Of a stretch of 64,000 nucleotides of DNA, positions 46,688 through 57,517 are shown one piece after another. Source of the stretch: a virus; IMG/VR virus record IMGVR_UViG_3300021420_000016, positions 64,001 through 128,000 of that record; one strand, written 5' to 3'. The notes under the pieces are model-generated. The model saw nothing but the letters and a program-made list of their open reading frames with translations, was not told where the DNA came from and ran no database searches. The stretch's first letter is position 1. Every line of letters begins with the position of its first letter. The translations under genes were made by a program, and so were the position numbers.

Positions 46688-47401
46688 TTAACGCCTCCCC
46701 GCCGGCGTCGGGTCGCCGCCCGGGCCGGGGCCGCCACCGCCGAGCGCGGGCCGGGTTTGCGGGCGGCCGAAGCTGCCCCGCGTCGCCTTACCCTTGCGGC
46801 GGCCCCACAGGCTGCTGGCGAACCGGCCGACACCCAGGCCCTGGGCCATGATCGGCTGCGCGACGGGCAGCGCGCCTTCGCGCTGCTCGCGGCGCTTGTG
46901 CAGCCCGCGGACAAGGAGGAACAGCACGGCGACGCCGATCACGAACGCCACCAGGTACACCTCCTGCTGGTGGGCGGCCTGCCCGTGCGCCGCAGGCGCG
47001 GCGTGGATGTGGGTGATCGCCTTGCCGATCTCCTTGCCGGTGCGGGGCAGCAGCGCCGCACTGCGGTGGGCGACCTGCGGCCAGTCGGCGACGGTGACCG
47101 CCATGGTGAACCCGAAGATGCCGCAGATGAACGGGGTGATCACCGGGTGGTACTTGTGCGCCAGGAGGGCCTCGAACAGGAACCCGACTGCGGCGATGGC
47201 GTCCACCGCCAGCAGGGCGGTCATGCCGTTGTCGCTGTTGGCCTGCCCCGCTGCGGCGTACAGCAGCGGGGGCAGCCCGAACGCGAGGAAGAACCCCAGA
47301 GGGCCGGCGAACCAGGCGATCAGCCGGGGCGCCTTCCGGTAACGCCAGCACAGGCCGATCACGACCGCACAGGCAAGGGCGAGAACCAGTGGCGGGCTCA
47401 T
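46688..47401 (-). CDS. multi-pass membrane protein
   Basis: about 5 hydrophobic segments, upstream of ftsK. Confidence 0.6.
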   Translation of the reverse strand: MSPPLVLALACAVVIGLCWRYRKAPRLIAWFAGPLGFFLAFGLPPLLYAAAGQANSDNGMTALLAVDAIAAVGFLFEALLAHKYHPVITPFICGIFGFTMAVTVADWPQVAHRSAALLPRTGKEIGKAITHIHAAPAAHGQAAHQQEVYLVAFVIGVAVLFLLVRGLHKRREQREGALPVAQPIMAQGLGVGRFASSLWGRRKGKATRGSFGRPQTRPALGGGGPGPGGDPTPAGRR

Positions 47402-47426
47402 CGTGTATTGCCCTCCTTCAAGGGGG

Positions 47427-48017
47427 TTAGAGGATGCCGAGCCAGATCAGGGCCGCGATGACCGCGGCGAGGGTAAGAGCGAACAAGGCCAGGGCGACGA
47501 TCTGCCGGAACGGCCTGACGACCAGCCACAGCCAGATGATCGCGGGGATCATCGCTGGGATCGCCCACCACGTGTGGTAGCGGGCGCCCCACTGCTCCGA
47601 CCAGCCGCCGTAGTGGCCTTCGGGCACCCATGCCCGGCCGTCGCGGTACTGGATCTGGCCGGGGATGTGCACGGTTGCGCCGCACGCGGTGCAGCGGACG
47701 CCGGCTCCGCCGATCGAGGGGGGCAGCCAGTGTTCGATGCCGTTGATGAAGCCGCCTTCGTTCCTGCGGGCCATCCGCCACGTCAGCCGCGCCGCGATGA
47801 CCGCCTGGCGCAGCGCGCTGAGCGCCTGCTGCCGCGCGGTCACTGCGGCAACCTCGGCTGCCGGGGCAGGCGGCGCGGCCGGGAAAGCGGCAGGCTCAGG
47901 CTGCGGCGGCTCCGCGGGCACTTCAGGGCTAGGACCCGGGGCGGCCCCGGCGTTCCACCCGGGGCCGTCATCGCCGTCCCCGAACACGGCATCAAGGAAG
48001 TCGGTGTCATGACTCAT
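47427..48017 (-). CDS. membrane protein
   Basis: two C-terminal TMs. Confidence 0.55.
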   Translation of the reverse strand: MSHDTDFLDAVFGDGDDGPGWNAGAAPGPSPEVPAEPPQPEPAAFPAAPPAPAAEVAAVTARQQALSALRQAVIAARLTWRMARRNEGGFINGIEHWLPPSIGGAGVRCTACGATVHIPGQIQYRDGRAWVPEGHYGGWSEQWGARYHTWWAIPAMIPAIIWLWLVVRPFRQIVALALFALTLAAVIAALIWLGIL

Positions 48018-48404
48018 TACTTGCCCCGCTCCCGCCGGCGGCGCGCCTCAGGCCACCAGTCAGGGCCGCGTGGAACGCGGCCCACAGGTCCCGGCCGGTG
48101 GGGATGCCACCCTGGTAGGTCGGCGGCCGCTTCACCCTCGCCGGCCGGACGCTCGCCGCTGCCGCCTGGATGACGCCGGCGACTTCGGCGTGCAGCAGCA
48201 TCCACTCGGCGGTGGGCCGGTCCTTGCGCGTCTTGGCCAGTTCGGACAGCAGGGCGGCGATGGCGGTGTGCACCGCCTCCGCGCAGTTGCCGTCGTTCAG
48301 TTCGTCGGCGATGGCCGCCGGGGCGACGTCCACGGCGCGGCGGGGCTTGTCGTCTTGCGGACCGGTGGCCATCTCAGCGTTCCTCTCGTGGGTTCAGGTG
48401 CGGG

Positions 48405-49331
48405 TTAGGAGAACCGGGCCGGTGCGCCGGTGCGGCGCAGGGTGCCGATACGCTGCTCGAACCGGTAGTACCGCTCGTTGCCGAGTTCAGTTCCGGCGTA
48501 GCTGCCGAACGGGCCACCCGGACCGATCTCGCAGTGCATTCCGGTGCCGCCGTAGCGGGGGCCGTAGCGCTTGCGCGCCAGCCGTTCCTGCTCGGCCAGT
48601 TGCTGCCACCTGGCGCGGGACCAGTGGCAGTTCTTCGCGGACGCAACCGGCGGCGCCGCTGGGGGCCCGGCGCGGCAGGTGCCGAGCCGGCCCGGTGCCT
48701 GGTCGCCGTGGCAGATGGGCGCCTGCGGGTCCGGCGCCCAGTAGCTGACCGTTCCTGAGCCTTCACAGAACGCGCGCCGCGGCGGCGGGACGCCCACGGA
48801 AAACTCGAACGTAGTCGTGGCCGCCGAACCGAACGTGGTGCTTACGTGCACGTTGTGCCCAGGCGGGGTGCCCTCGCGCGCGGTGCCGCTGGTGCGGCCG
48901 TAGGCGGTGACGGTGGACATGAACCCGTACCGGCCGCGTTCGGCCCCGAGGGGGACGTGGACGGTGAACGTCGAGGTTGCCGACGAGTGGGCGGCCACCC
49001 AGCCGCGGGTGCCCGGGACGGTGAAGGAGATCCAGGACCGCGGCGTGGAGTACTGGGGGGTGTCCAGGTCCGGCAGGTTCTCGACGCCCATGTCGAGCCG
49101 CTCGTAGCCGCCGTGCTTGCCGCGGGTGGGGTTGACCACCGACACCGCGACGGATGCGGACTGCCCGGGTTGCAGGGTGCGGGTGACGCACGCCGGGCCG
49201 GCCTGCATGCCCGCAGACACTGAGCCGGTGGCCACGGCGCCGGGCGGGCCGCCAGTGGCCATTGCGGCGGCGGCGGCACCGATGCCGATCACCTTGGCCA
49301 CGGCGTGGACGAAGCTGTGGAACCAGCCCAT
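48405..49331 (-). CDS. secreted beta-rich protein
   Basis: signal-like N-terminus, Ig-like pattern. Confidence 0.5.
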   Translation of the reverse strand: MGWFHSFVHAVAKVIGIGAAAAAMATGGPPGAVATGSVSAGMQAGPACVTRTLQPGQSASVAVSVVNPTRGKHGGYERLDMGVENLPDLDTPQYSTPRSWISFTVPGTRGWVAAHSSATSTFTVHVPLGAERGRYGFMSTVTAYGRTSGTAREGTPPGHNVHVSTTFGSAATTTFEFSVGVPPPRRAFCEGSGTVSYWAPDPQAPICHGDQAPGRLGTCRAGPPAAPPVASAKNCHWSRARWQQLAEQERLARKRYGPRYGGTGMHCEIGPGGPFGSYAGTELGNERYYRFEQRIGTLRRTGAPARFS

Positions 49332-49605
49332 GGCTGATCAGCCCCGGCCCTGCATGCCGTACCGCTGCGCCAGCCGCCGCTCGCGGCGGCTGTTACGGGT
49401 GGCGAACCGCACGATGCCGTACAGGACAAGAAGGAAGAGTGCGGCGGCGATATAGCCGCCCTCCTTCGGCGTGACCGCCCCTTGGGTGACATGTGTCGCG
49501 AGGTGCTGCGCCGGGCGCAGGAGAGTGTGGTGATGCCGGGCCATCAAGGTGACGACCAGGTGGACGAGGGGATGCATCGGAGGGGTTTCCTTTCAGGAGC
49601 TGGGG

Positions 49606-50151
49606 TTAACAGGTGGCAGTCAGGGCGTAGTGGTAATGGCTGGCCGCCCACGGGGAGTCCTCGATCGCGTTGGCGACCGCCTGGGCGTTGTTTCCGGCGC
49701 GCAAGGCGGCGAGGATGCCGCCGTAGCTGCGCACCGTCTGGACGGTGTAGCGGAGGCCGATCCGGGCAGTGGGGAACGCCCACGCGCCGGTCGCGTTGTA
49801 ACCGGGCCATCCGGCACCGGGGCCGGGGTTCAGGTTGAGCGGGTTGTTCTCGGCCTGGTTGCCGAACCCGCCACCTTCGGCGGTTTCCCAGGCGATCACC
49901 GCGTTGCGGTCGCACCGGGTGAGCGGTTCGGGGATGTCTTGCAGGAACGCCCGGGCCCACGAGGCGCGGGTCGACAGGTTCCCCGGGTTCCCCGCGGAGG
50001 CTTGTACGGAGGTGAGCATGCCGTTCTGGACATGGTGGCCGTGGTGGTGGCCGTGGGTTTGGCTCAGGCCAGCGAGGCTGAGGCCTACGGTCACCGCAGC
50101 GGCGGCCCAAGCCCCCGTGTGACTCTTCTGGACGTAACGGCGGCGGCTCAT
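49606..50151 (-). CDS. secreted lysozyme-like cell-wall hydrolase
   Basis: signal peptide; AWETAEGG..NNPLN; SPWAASHY. Confidence 0.6.
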   Translation of the reverse strand: MSRRRYVQKSHTGAWAAAAVTVGLSLAGLSQTHGHHHGHHVQNGMLTSVQASAGNPGNLSTRASWARAFLQDIPEPLTRCDRNAVIAWETAEGGGFGNQAENNPLNLNPGPGAGWPGYNATGAWAFPTARIGLRYTVQTVRSYGGILAALRAGNNAQAVANAIEDSPWAASHYHYALTATC

Positions 50152-51493
50152 GATCACAGCCCGTTCACGAACGTCTGGATCGAACCGCCAGCCTGCTCCA
50201 GCAGGCCCAGAAGACTGTGGACTGCATGACTGGCGGCGGCGGGCTGGGTGAACAGGTACCACGCCAGAAACACGACGATCGCCCAGCCCAGGACGCTCCG
50301 GATTCTCATTGCGCACCTACCGGGTTTTCTGCCGCCTTGATGAGTGCGGCGACGCCTGCTTCCCAGTTGCCCCAGGGAGGCTGGCTGATGATCGAGACGC
50401 CGGCGGCCTTGGTCACCTGGCCGCTGGCGGGGACGTACAGTTCGTCGCCGGGGTCCGGTGCGACGTCACCCCAGCGCTGCGCGGGGATCGAAGTGCACGC
50501 CGCGTACTTGGCGACATGGCCGCACGACACACGGAGGGCCCCGGCGGCGGTGGCCAGCGTGACCGACCAGGCCTCACAGCCACCACCCATGGCCACCTGT
50601 GAGCCGCGGCGCGGTGAGGGGCAGTCCCCCCACTGGATGGCTGACCGCGTGATGATCCCCGCGATCATGCCCGGACGGGCGGGCGGCGGGTCCGCCCGCA
50701 GCCACGCCTGGGCAGCGGGCAGGACGCTCGGCGGCCCGGAGAGGCCGTCGAGGCCGGTGAACGTACAGGTAAGCCGCACGGGGACGATGGCCAGCGCCGG
50801 CGGGAAATGGTCCAGTGCCACCTGGGCGCCGGCGTAATCCAGTTCCCCAGCGAGCTCGCGGCTCGCGGCATCCCCCAGTGCGCGGGCCTTATCGCGGAGG
50901 TGATCGACCCGGCCAAGCCATGCGCCGGTCGCGGGATCGCCTGCCGAAGCGGGCGCGTTGCGGATCACGGCCCGCACTCCGGCCAGGCAGCCGGACGCGT
51001 CGCGCACTGGGGGGACGCTTCTGCCGTCAGGGGGCTCCTCGGCCTGGCCGGCGACGCCGCAGCCGGCCACCGCGACGGCGGCGAACGCGGTCCCGGCGGC
51101 GAGCGCGACGCGGGCCCTCATGGCCGCCGCCTCCGCAGGAAGGGAAGCCACAGCACGCAGATGACGCCGACACCGGCAACCATCGTCACGGTCGAGCCGT
51201 AGACCACTTCACGGGCGGCTATCGCCAGCACCGCGAGCCAAAGGATCTTCCACATGACGGCTGAGCGCTCCTTCGAAGTCTGCTGTTCTTTGCCGGCCCG
51301 GCCCCCCAGAGGCCAGTCTGGGGGGCCGGGCTGACACCATGACGGATCAGAGTGCTGTTCTTCTGGATCGAACTGACACTATCATGGAGTACATTGACAC
51401 AGACGTCAAGCCCAAGGCAGACTTGAGTAGGCACTAGAGACTGGAGCATGCTGGAATGGACCTGGATCAAACTGGATCAACAGGAGGCCAGCC

Positions 51494-51847
51494 ATGCTTC
51501 AGCCGACCCTTCAGCGCACCCGTCATCTCAGCGGCTGCAACGGGGGCCCATGCCCCCACGTGCACGAGACGACCATCCCCGGCATCTGGGCCATCCAGGG
51601 GGAGCGCCCCGAGATGAGCACCCGCACCGGCTGGATCACCGTCCCCGGCCTGGAGCCCACCGCAGCAGAACTCGCCGCGATGGCCACGGTCGCGCAGATC
51701 CCCGGCCACGAGAACGTGGTCCTCGTGCTGCAGGAGACCCTCGACGGCTACGCCCGCACCGGGCGTGTGCGCGAGGCGCACGACTTCGAGACCACGGTCC
51801 TGGTGCCGGCGCACATCCTCGACCAGGCCCTGGGGGCGCTGGTATGA
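51494..51847 (+). CDS. small partner of XRE module
   Basis: GCNGGPCP..WAIQG. Confidence 0.6.
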   Translation: MLQPTLQRTRHLSGCNGGPCPHVHETTIPGIWAIQGERPEMSTRTGWITVPGLEPTAAELAAMATVAQIPGHENVVLVLQETLDGYARTGRVREAHDFETTVLVPAHILDQALGALV

Positions 51848-52416
51848 CTCCCGCAGACTTCGACGCCGCCTTCAATGGCGACTGGGAAACCGTCGCCCGG
51901 CTGGAGACCCATCAGGTGTACATGGTGCCCGGCGAGGAAGCCGCCCTGGAGGCGTTCCGTGCGGGCCAGCCAAGGCCGGTCTGGTCGGTGCGCACCGATC
52001 CGTGGCTCGCCCGGATCGCGCTCACCTCCGCACCGGAGGAACTGACCGGCAAGCCGCCCAAGCGGTGGCTGCGGTGCCGCATCGTGCAGCATCCGCGGAA
52101 CCTCTACACCGATCATGAGATCGAGGGCTACCGCGAATCGCAGGCCGCCGGCGAGCAGATCTTCATCGCCCCCCTCGAAGCCGACCCGGCCCTTACTGGC
52201 CTGCGCCAGGACTTCTGGGGCTTCGGCCTCGGTACCACCGGCGCGTTCGTGATCATCATGGACTACGATGCCGGCGGTCACTGGCTCGGCGCCGAGCGCA
52301 CCACTGACCCGGTCATCCTGGACCGCTGCCTGAAGCAGTGGAACCTGGCCCGGTCGCATTCGGTGCCGCTCAACGAATACCTCGCACCCGGCAAGGAGGC
52401 GCGAAAGGCTGCATGA
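51844..52416 (+). CDS. DUF6879-type protein
   Basis: RLETHQVY, R.RIV..P, DFW. Confidence 0.65.
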   Translation: MTPADFDAAFNGDWETVARLETHQVYMVPGEEAALEAFRAGQPRPVWSVRTDPWLARIALTSAPEELTGKPPKRWLRCRIVQHPRNLYTDHEIEGYRESQAAGEQIFIAPLEADPALTGLRQDFWGFGLGTTGAFVIIMDYDAGGHWLGAERTTDPVILDRCLKQWNLARSHSVPLNEYLAPGKEARKAA

Positions 52417-53285
52417 CCGATGCGCAGGAGCAGCAGCGACAGCACCGGGCGGCGCTCGGTGCTGAGTTGCGGCGCCTGCGCGAACGGGCCGGCCTGAGCC
52501 GCGACCGGCTCGCCCGCGACCTTGGCCCGGGGTACAGCAAATCGACACTCCTGCGCATCGAAGCCGGCGGAACCAAAGGCGGTGGGCCGCCCTCCTGGGC
52601 GGACGTCAAGGTCTGGGCTGAGGCTTGCGCCGCCGCCGGCCCCGACATGGCGTATCTGCGCACTCTCGCCGACTTCGTCCTCGGCACCCAGGCGGCCTAC
52701 CAGGACCGGGGCGGCCTCCCCGCCGTCCAGGAGCAGGTCGGCAAGCAAGAAGCCGCCGCCATGACGATGCGGAACTTCAGCAACTGGGGGATCCCCGGCC
52801 TGCTGCAAACCCCCGGCTACGCCCGCGAGGTGCTGCGCCTCGCCGACATGTGGGGCAGCGAGGACGTCGACACCGCCGCCGCGAAGCGCCAGGGCCGCCA
52901 GGTGATCCTGTCCGACCCCCGCCGCAAGCTGGAGTTCCTCGTCACCGAACGGGCCCTGCGCTGGCCCCCGGTCCCCCCGGCCGAACTGAAGGCCCAGCTC
53001 GACTACGTGGCTGCGGTGATGGCGTGGCCCACCATCACCGTCCACGTGATCCCCGACAACGCCACGCCCCGCGCTCTGGGCATGTGCCCGTTCGTCTTGT
53101 ACGAGGATCTGGCCAACGGCGGCTCCCCCTACGCCGAGGTGGAAATGTCCCACCGGGCCGACAGGGTGGGCACCCCCGAAGACGTGGCCCTTTACCGCAA
53201 ACTGTTCGGCCTGCTCGATGAGACGGCGTTGCGTGACGGCGAGGCGGCCGAATTCGTGCGCCGGGTAGCCGCCTCGCTGTCGTGA
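52413..53285 (+). CDS. XRE HTH + DUF5753-type regulator
   Basis: LGAELRRLRERAGLS; IPGLLQTPGYA; E.ALR. Confidence 0.85.
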   Translation: MTDAQEQQRQHRAALGAELRRLRERAGLSRDRLARDLGPGYSKSTLLRIEAGGTKGGGPPSWADVKVWAEACAAAGPDMAYLRTLADFVLGTQAAYQDRGGLPAVQEQVGKQEAAAMTMRNFSNWGIPGLLQTPGYAREVLRLADMWGSEDVDTAAAKRQGRQVILSDPRRKLEFLVTERALRWPPVPPAELKAQLDYVAAVMAWPTITVHVIPDNATPRALGMCPFVLYEDLANGGSPYAEVEMSHRADRVGTPEDVALYRKLFGLLDETALRDGEAAEFVRRVAASLS

Positions 53286-53552
53286 TCTCTTGTCGCGCGG
53301 CGCCTGCTGGTGCACGCTTAATCCGTGACACTGACTCCCGGGGCCGCTACCGTAGCGACGGTGGTTGCACTGTGGCTGGGCTGGTATCTGCGGGGCTGGC
53401 GGGGCGCCGAATCGGACAAGGCCGCCGCGAACAACCGGATCCGGGCGGCGGGCCGGGCAGCATGGCGGGCCCGCCGGGCGGCGATGGTAGTGGTTCTGGT
53501 GGCGGCCGCAGCGGCCGACGTGTGGATTCGCGGGAAGGGGCGCTGAAAGGCG

Positions 53553-54062
53553 ATGCCCGACCCGTTCGCCCGTCACGCTCGCACCAAGGAAGATGACTGG
53601 GGAGCGTTCCCCTCCCGGTCCGCCTTGGTCCGTGAAGCTGCTGCCGCCGACCCGGAGCCGGTCAGGCGCCCCCCGGGGCGAAAGGATACGCGCCGCTGGT
53701 GCAGGGGGAAGGCCGGCGCCGAACACGTCCTGGTCTTGGAGATGACACCGTTCCCGTCGTGGCGCACGGCGAGGGTGTGCGGGTGGCTTTCCCGGTGGGA
53801 TATCCCCGCCCAGGATTATCGGGTCGGCTGGGGCTGCGGTCACCGGGAAGTGTGCGCGAACTGCAGGAAGGTGTTCCGTGAACCGTGGGAGCTGCCGCCC
53901 GAGATGTGCCCCGCCTACCCCGGCGGCCCGGCGCAGCGCGCCGCGGCCGAGGCGGATCTGGTGAAGGACCGGGAGCGCCGCGCGGCGCACGCGGAGCGGT
54001 ACGGCCGCCGCGGGCCGGTCATCACCGGCCCGCAGGGCTACCGGCGGAAGCGGCCGGTGTGA
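53553..54062 (+). CDS. hypothetical Cys-rich phage protein
   Basis: DTRRWCRGK..H; CGH..CANC. Confidence 0.55.
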   Translation: MPDPFARHARTKEDDWGAFPSRSALVREAAAADPEPVRRPPGRKDTRRWCRGKAGAEHVLVLEMTPFPSWRTARVCGWLSRWDIPAQDYRVGWGCGHREVCANCRKVFREPWELPPEMCPAYPGGPAQRAAAEADLVKDRERRAAHAERYGRRGPVITGPQGYRRKRPV

Positions 54063-54517
54063 ACTGGGGCAGCGGCCCGAACGCCGGCTCGTTCCCGTGC
54101 ATCATCTGCGGGGAGCCTCTGGAGCGCGCCTTCGGCCTTGAGCAGCAGCCTAGCGGCGGGATCATGTGCGAGAACGCAGGCAATTACGGGTCGGCCGTGT
54201 TCGACAGCATGGACGGGGAACGTCTCGCGTTCAACATCTGCGATTAGTGCATGATCCGAGCCGGCACCCAGGGCCGGGTGATGACCTACCGCAAGTACCG
54301 CCCGGTGCTCGTGGAAGGCGTGGTTGTTGGCCGGGAGATGCCGAAGAACCGGCCGTACGTTCAGTGGAATGTGGATCTGGCGCGCGACGATGAGCCCGTG
54401 CATCTGGAGCCCGGTGAACTGACCGGCCTGCCCGCGAGTTTCCAGTTCGATATACCCGTGCCCGAGATTCGCGACCTGGCGCAGGTGCGCCGCGCCCGGC
54501 GGGGTGGCAATCCGTGA
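54059..54517 (+). pseudogene. Zn-finger protein interrupted by in-frame TAG (54245-54247)
   Basis: CIICG...GNYGS..FD...NICD*CM. Confidence 0.55.
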
Positions 54518-54803
54518 GCGACCTTACGTACCCTCCATGGACCGGGGAGCAGGTCGCCAACCTGAACTCGTTTCAGCGGTCCGGCCAGTTCCACCCGTTC
54601 ACATGCTCCGGCGGCGGCGGCCCGCACGGCGACCGGCCAGACCGGCCGGCGGTACTGATCCCCGAGCGCGACGGATGGCGGTGCCCGGTCCCGGAGTGCA
54701 CGCACCGGCAGGCGTGGGCGTACGCGACCATGGCCGGCCATTACTGGGAGCCGGTCTCCCTGGAGATGTTGTTCGGCGAGGCGCGAAGGCGGCGGCAGGA
54801 GCC

Positions 54804-55178
54804 GTGAAGATCGGCCTGGATTACTGGCATGTCTGCAGCGACCATCCGGGATACTTCGCCGCGCTATCCCGGGCTCACCTGTGGGCAGGCGACGAGGTGC
54901 ACGTCATCTCCGCCATCGGCCGCAGCCGGTCCGGCACGATCCTCGCCGAAGTGCATTCGCTGGCAATCCCATACACTGCGGTGCACGAGGTCGTGTTCAT
55001 GCACCCCCGGGAGTCGCCGCGATTGAAGCTGGCTAAATGCCTGGAGCTGGGTATCACCGTCTACTACGACGACCGCGATGATGTGTGCCGGCTGCTCGCC
55101 GGGCGTGGGATCTTGGCGCTGCGGGTCACCCGGGAAGAGGCTGCCGGTGACGTGGCGGCGGAGCGCGATGGCGATTAG
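54804..55178 (+). CDS. HAD-like protein
   Basis: KIGLDY; VIS; K; YYDD. Confidence 0.55.
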   Translation: MKIGLDYWHVCSDHPGYFAALSRAHLWAGDEVHVISAIGRSRSGTILAEVHSLAIPYTAVHEVVFMHPRESPRLKLAKCLELGITVYYDDRDDVCRLLAGRGILALRVTREEAAGDVAAERDGD

Positions 55179-55628
55179 CCGTGGCGAAGATGCTGGGCCG
55201 CATTGCCGCGCTTACCCGCAACGGCTCGGCCTGCCGCTGCGGGGATTGCGATACACGGGGTGCCAGGCGTGCCCGTAAGCGCGCAGAGGCACGGGAGGTG
55301 ACCGCCGAGGTGAACGACGAACTCCGGCACCGGGACGAAGAATTGGGCCGGCTCGTGCAGGAGCGGCTGGACGAGCGCGCCACCCATGGCCCGTGCGCCC
55401 ATTGTGGCCGCAAGCCGGCGGCGGGGTATGCGATGTCCGGCGGGGCGCAACTGTGCCACCCCTGCGATCCGGCGCTCCCCGATTGTTATGTGCGGGTGGA
55501 AATTTGGCGCGAGCCCCTTGGCGTGCTCCGGGACCGTGATCCTAAACCGGCCGGCCTGGACGGTGTCAGCGGTGAGGTTGACGCATTCCTGCGGATGGTG
55601 ACGCTGACCGAGGAACTCGGGCCTAGTG

Positions 55629-56411
55629 ATGGCTGACCCACAGCGAATTGTTGTCGCCGGGGACTGGCACGGCAACATTGGCTGGGCGCAGCACGTCATC
55701 GGCTGGGCCGGCGTGGCGCTCGCCGGGGAGGACTCTCCGCTGATCCTGCACCTAGGGGATTTCGGTATCTGGCCGGGGGCCGGTGGCGTCCTTTACCTGA
55801 ACGCGGTGATCGGCGCCTTGTCTGCAGCCGGGACCAAGCTGTGGTTCATTGACGGAAATCATGAGGACTTTCCTCAGCTCGCACGCTGGGGGCCGGATGG
55901 CCGGCGACCTGGCGCCGACGACCATCCCGAGTGGGCGCGGATTCGCTGGCTTCTCCGCGGGCACCGCTGGACGTGGCATGGCCGCACGTGGCTTGCCTGC
56001 GGCGGCGGGGTGAGCCTCGACAAGGCGGCTCGCGCCGAAGGCCGGGATTGGTGGCCCGAGGAGGAGATTACCGCTGAGCAGGAGGCGGCGGTCATCGCCG
56101 GCGGCCACGCCGATGTGCTCGTATCCCATGATTGGCCTTCTGGGGTGGTCCATGCTTATCCGCCAGCGCCGTCATGGTGGGACCGTGCAGATCTCCACCG
56201 CAGCGACTGGCATCAGAAGCGATTGCAGCGGATCGTGGGCGCTGTTCGGCCGCGGCACATCATGCACGGTCATCTTCATAGGAGTTACCAGCGCACCTGC
56301 GATTTCGGTTATGGGCCAGTGGAGGTGACCGGCCTGGATTGCGACGGCGGCAAGGGGGCCAATTGGGCGGTCTTGAATGTGGAAACGATGACTTGGGAAA
56401 CCTCGGGGTGA
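55629..56411 (+). CDS. calcineurin-like metallophosphoesterase
   Basis: GDWHG, LGDFG, GNHE, SHD, HGHLH. Confidence 0.9.
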   Translation: MADPQRIVVAGDWHGNIGWAQHVIGWAGVALAGEDSPLILHLGDFGIWPGAGGVLYLNAVIGALSAAGTKLWFIDGNHEDFPQLARWGPDGRRPGADDHPEWARIRWLLRGHRWTWHGRTWLACGGGVSLDKAARAEGRDWWPEEEITAEQEAAVIAGGHADVLVSHDWPSGVVHAYPPAPSWWDRADLHRSDWHQKRLQRIVGAVRPRHIMHGHLHRSYQRTCDFGYGPVEVTGLDCDGGKGANWAVLNVETMTWETSG

Positions 56412-57517
56412 GCGCCGCCTGTTTGCAGGCGCGGTGGTATCGGGAGCGTCCCGTTAGGGCCATGGGGCGGTAAAGAATCCTTGCCGGGTGCCTACGCACC
56501 GGTAACGTGCATTACGTGGTGGAGGAGGGGGGGCCTCGGGACGGCGGTCACTGGACCGCGACCTGGATAGGTCACCTCGGCGGGAACTGGCAACTGCTGC
56601 TCACGGACTCCGCCGGCGCCGTCAAGCTGGACGAGCCGACGCAAATCTCCAGCGCCTACCCGCGTCCCGGCCCCGGAGTCCTGGAAGCGCTGGATGTGGA
56701 AGTTATCCCGGGCACCACGTGGACGCAGTCGGGGACCGCGAGCGTGTGGTTTTCCCGGCCGGTCAAACCGTGGAAGCGGGCTCCAGGGGAGCCAGCACCC
56801 TCCTTAGCCGCTTCGTAGCGGGCCCCTTACCCTCCGGATACATCAGGCTTCTCACCTGCCTCACCTTCACCCGTATTTGTGAATCACGTTTTAGGATGTA
56901 CGAGTACGGCGCACAGGGACGTGCGCCCGGGCGGGAGGGAGCCCGGCATGGGGGGGACTGGCGCGCTGCGAATCTCTGCGCCATGGGAGATCACCACGGC
57001 CCACGCACCACCGGCGCTCGCGGAGGAAACCCCGGACTGGTGGGCTTACGCCGCCCAGTACCCGCGCTGGCACGTCTGGCGCGGCGTCGCCGGCCTGCTG
57101 TACGCGCGCAGGCCGCGGACCAGCCCGCCGTGGATCGTCCGCGCCACCGACCCCGACGAACTCGCGCAGAAGGTGGCCCTCCGCGAACGCGGCCAGCGGC
57201 CCTGCTGGTGACCCTCTTCGAGCTCGCCCGGCTTCCCCGCGTCGCCCTCATGGGGGAGTACCTGCGCACCCTCGACCGCAGCGACCGCATGGAACTTGCG
57301 CGCGTGGCGAACATGACCCGCGAAGCGCTCGTTGCGGCCATCATGGGCGACCCGGACGGCGGCCGGCGGCTGCGGGCCATGGCCGCGGCCGAGCGCCACC
57401 TCCAGGTGGCCCTGGGTAAGCTGCGTGACCAGCGTCACGCCGCGTGATACCTGTGACCCGGTTGGCGGAACTACACGGGTGGGACTAATACTGGTTCTGA
57501 AGTAGTCCCCCCCCCCT

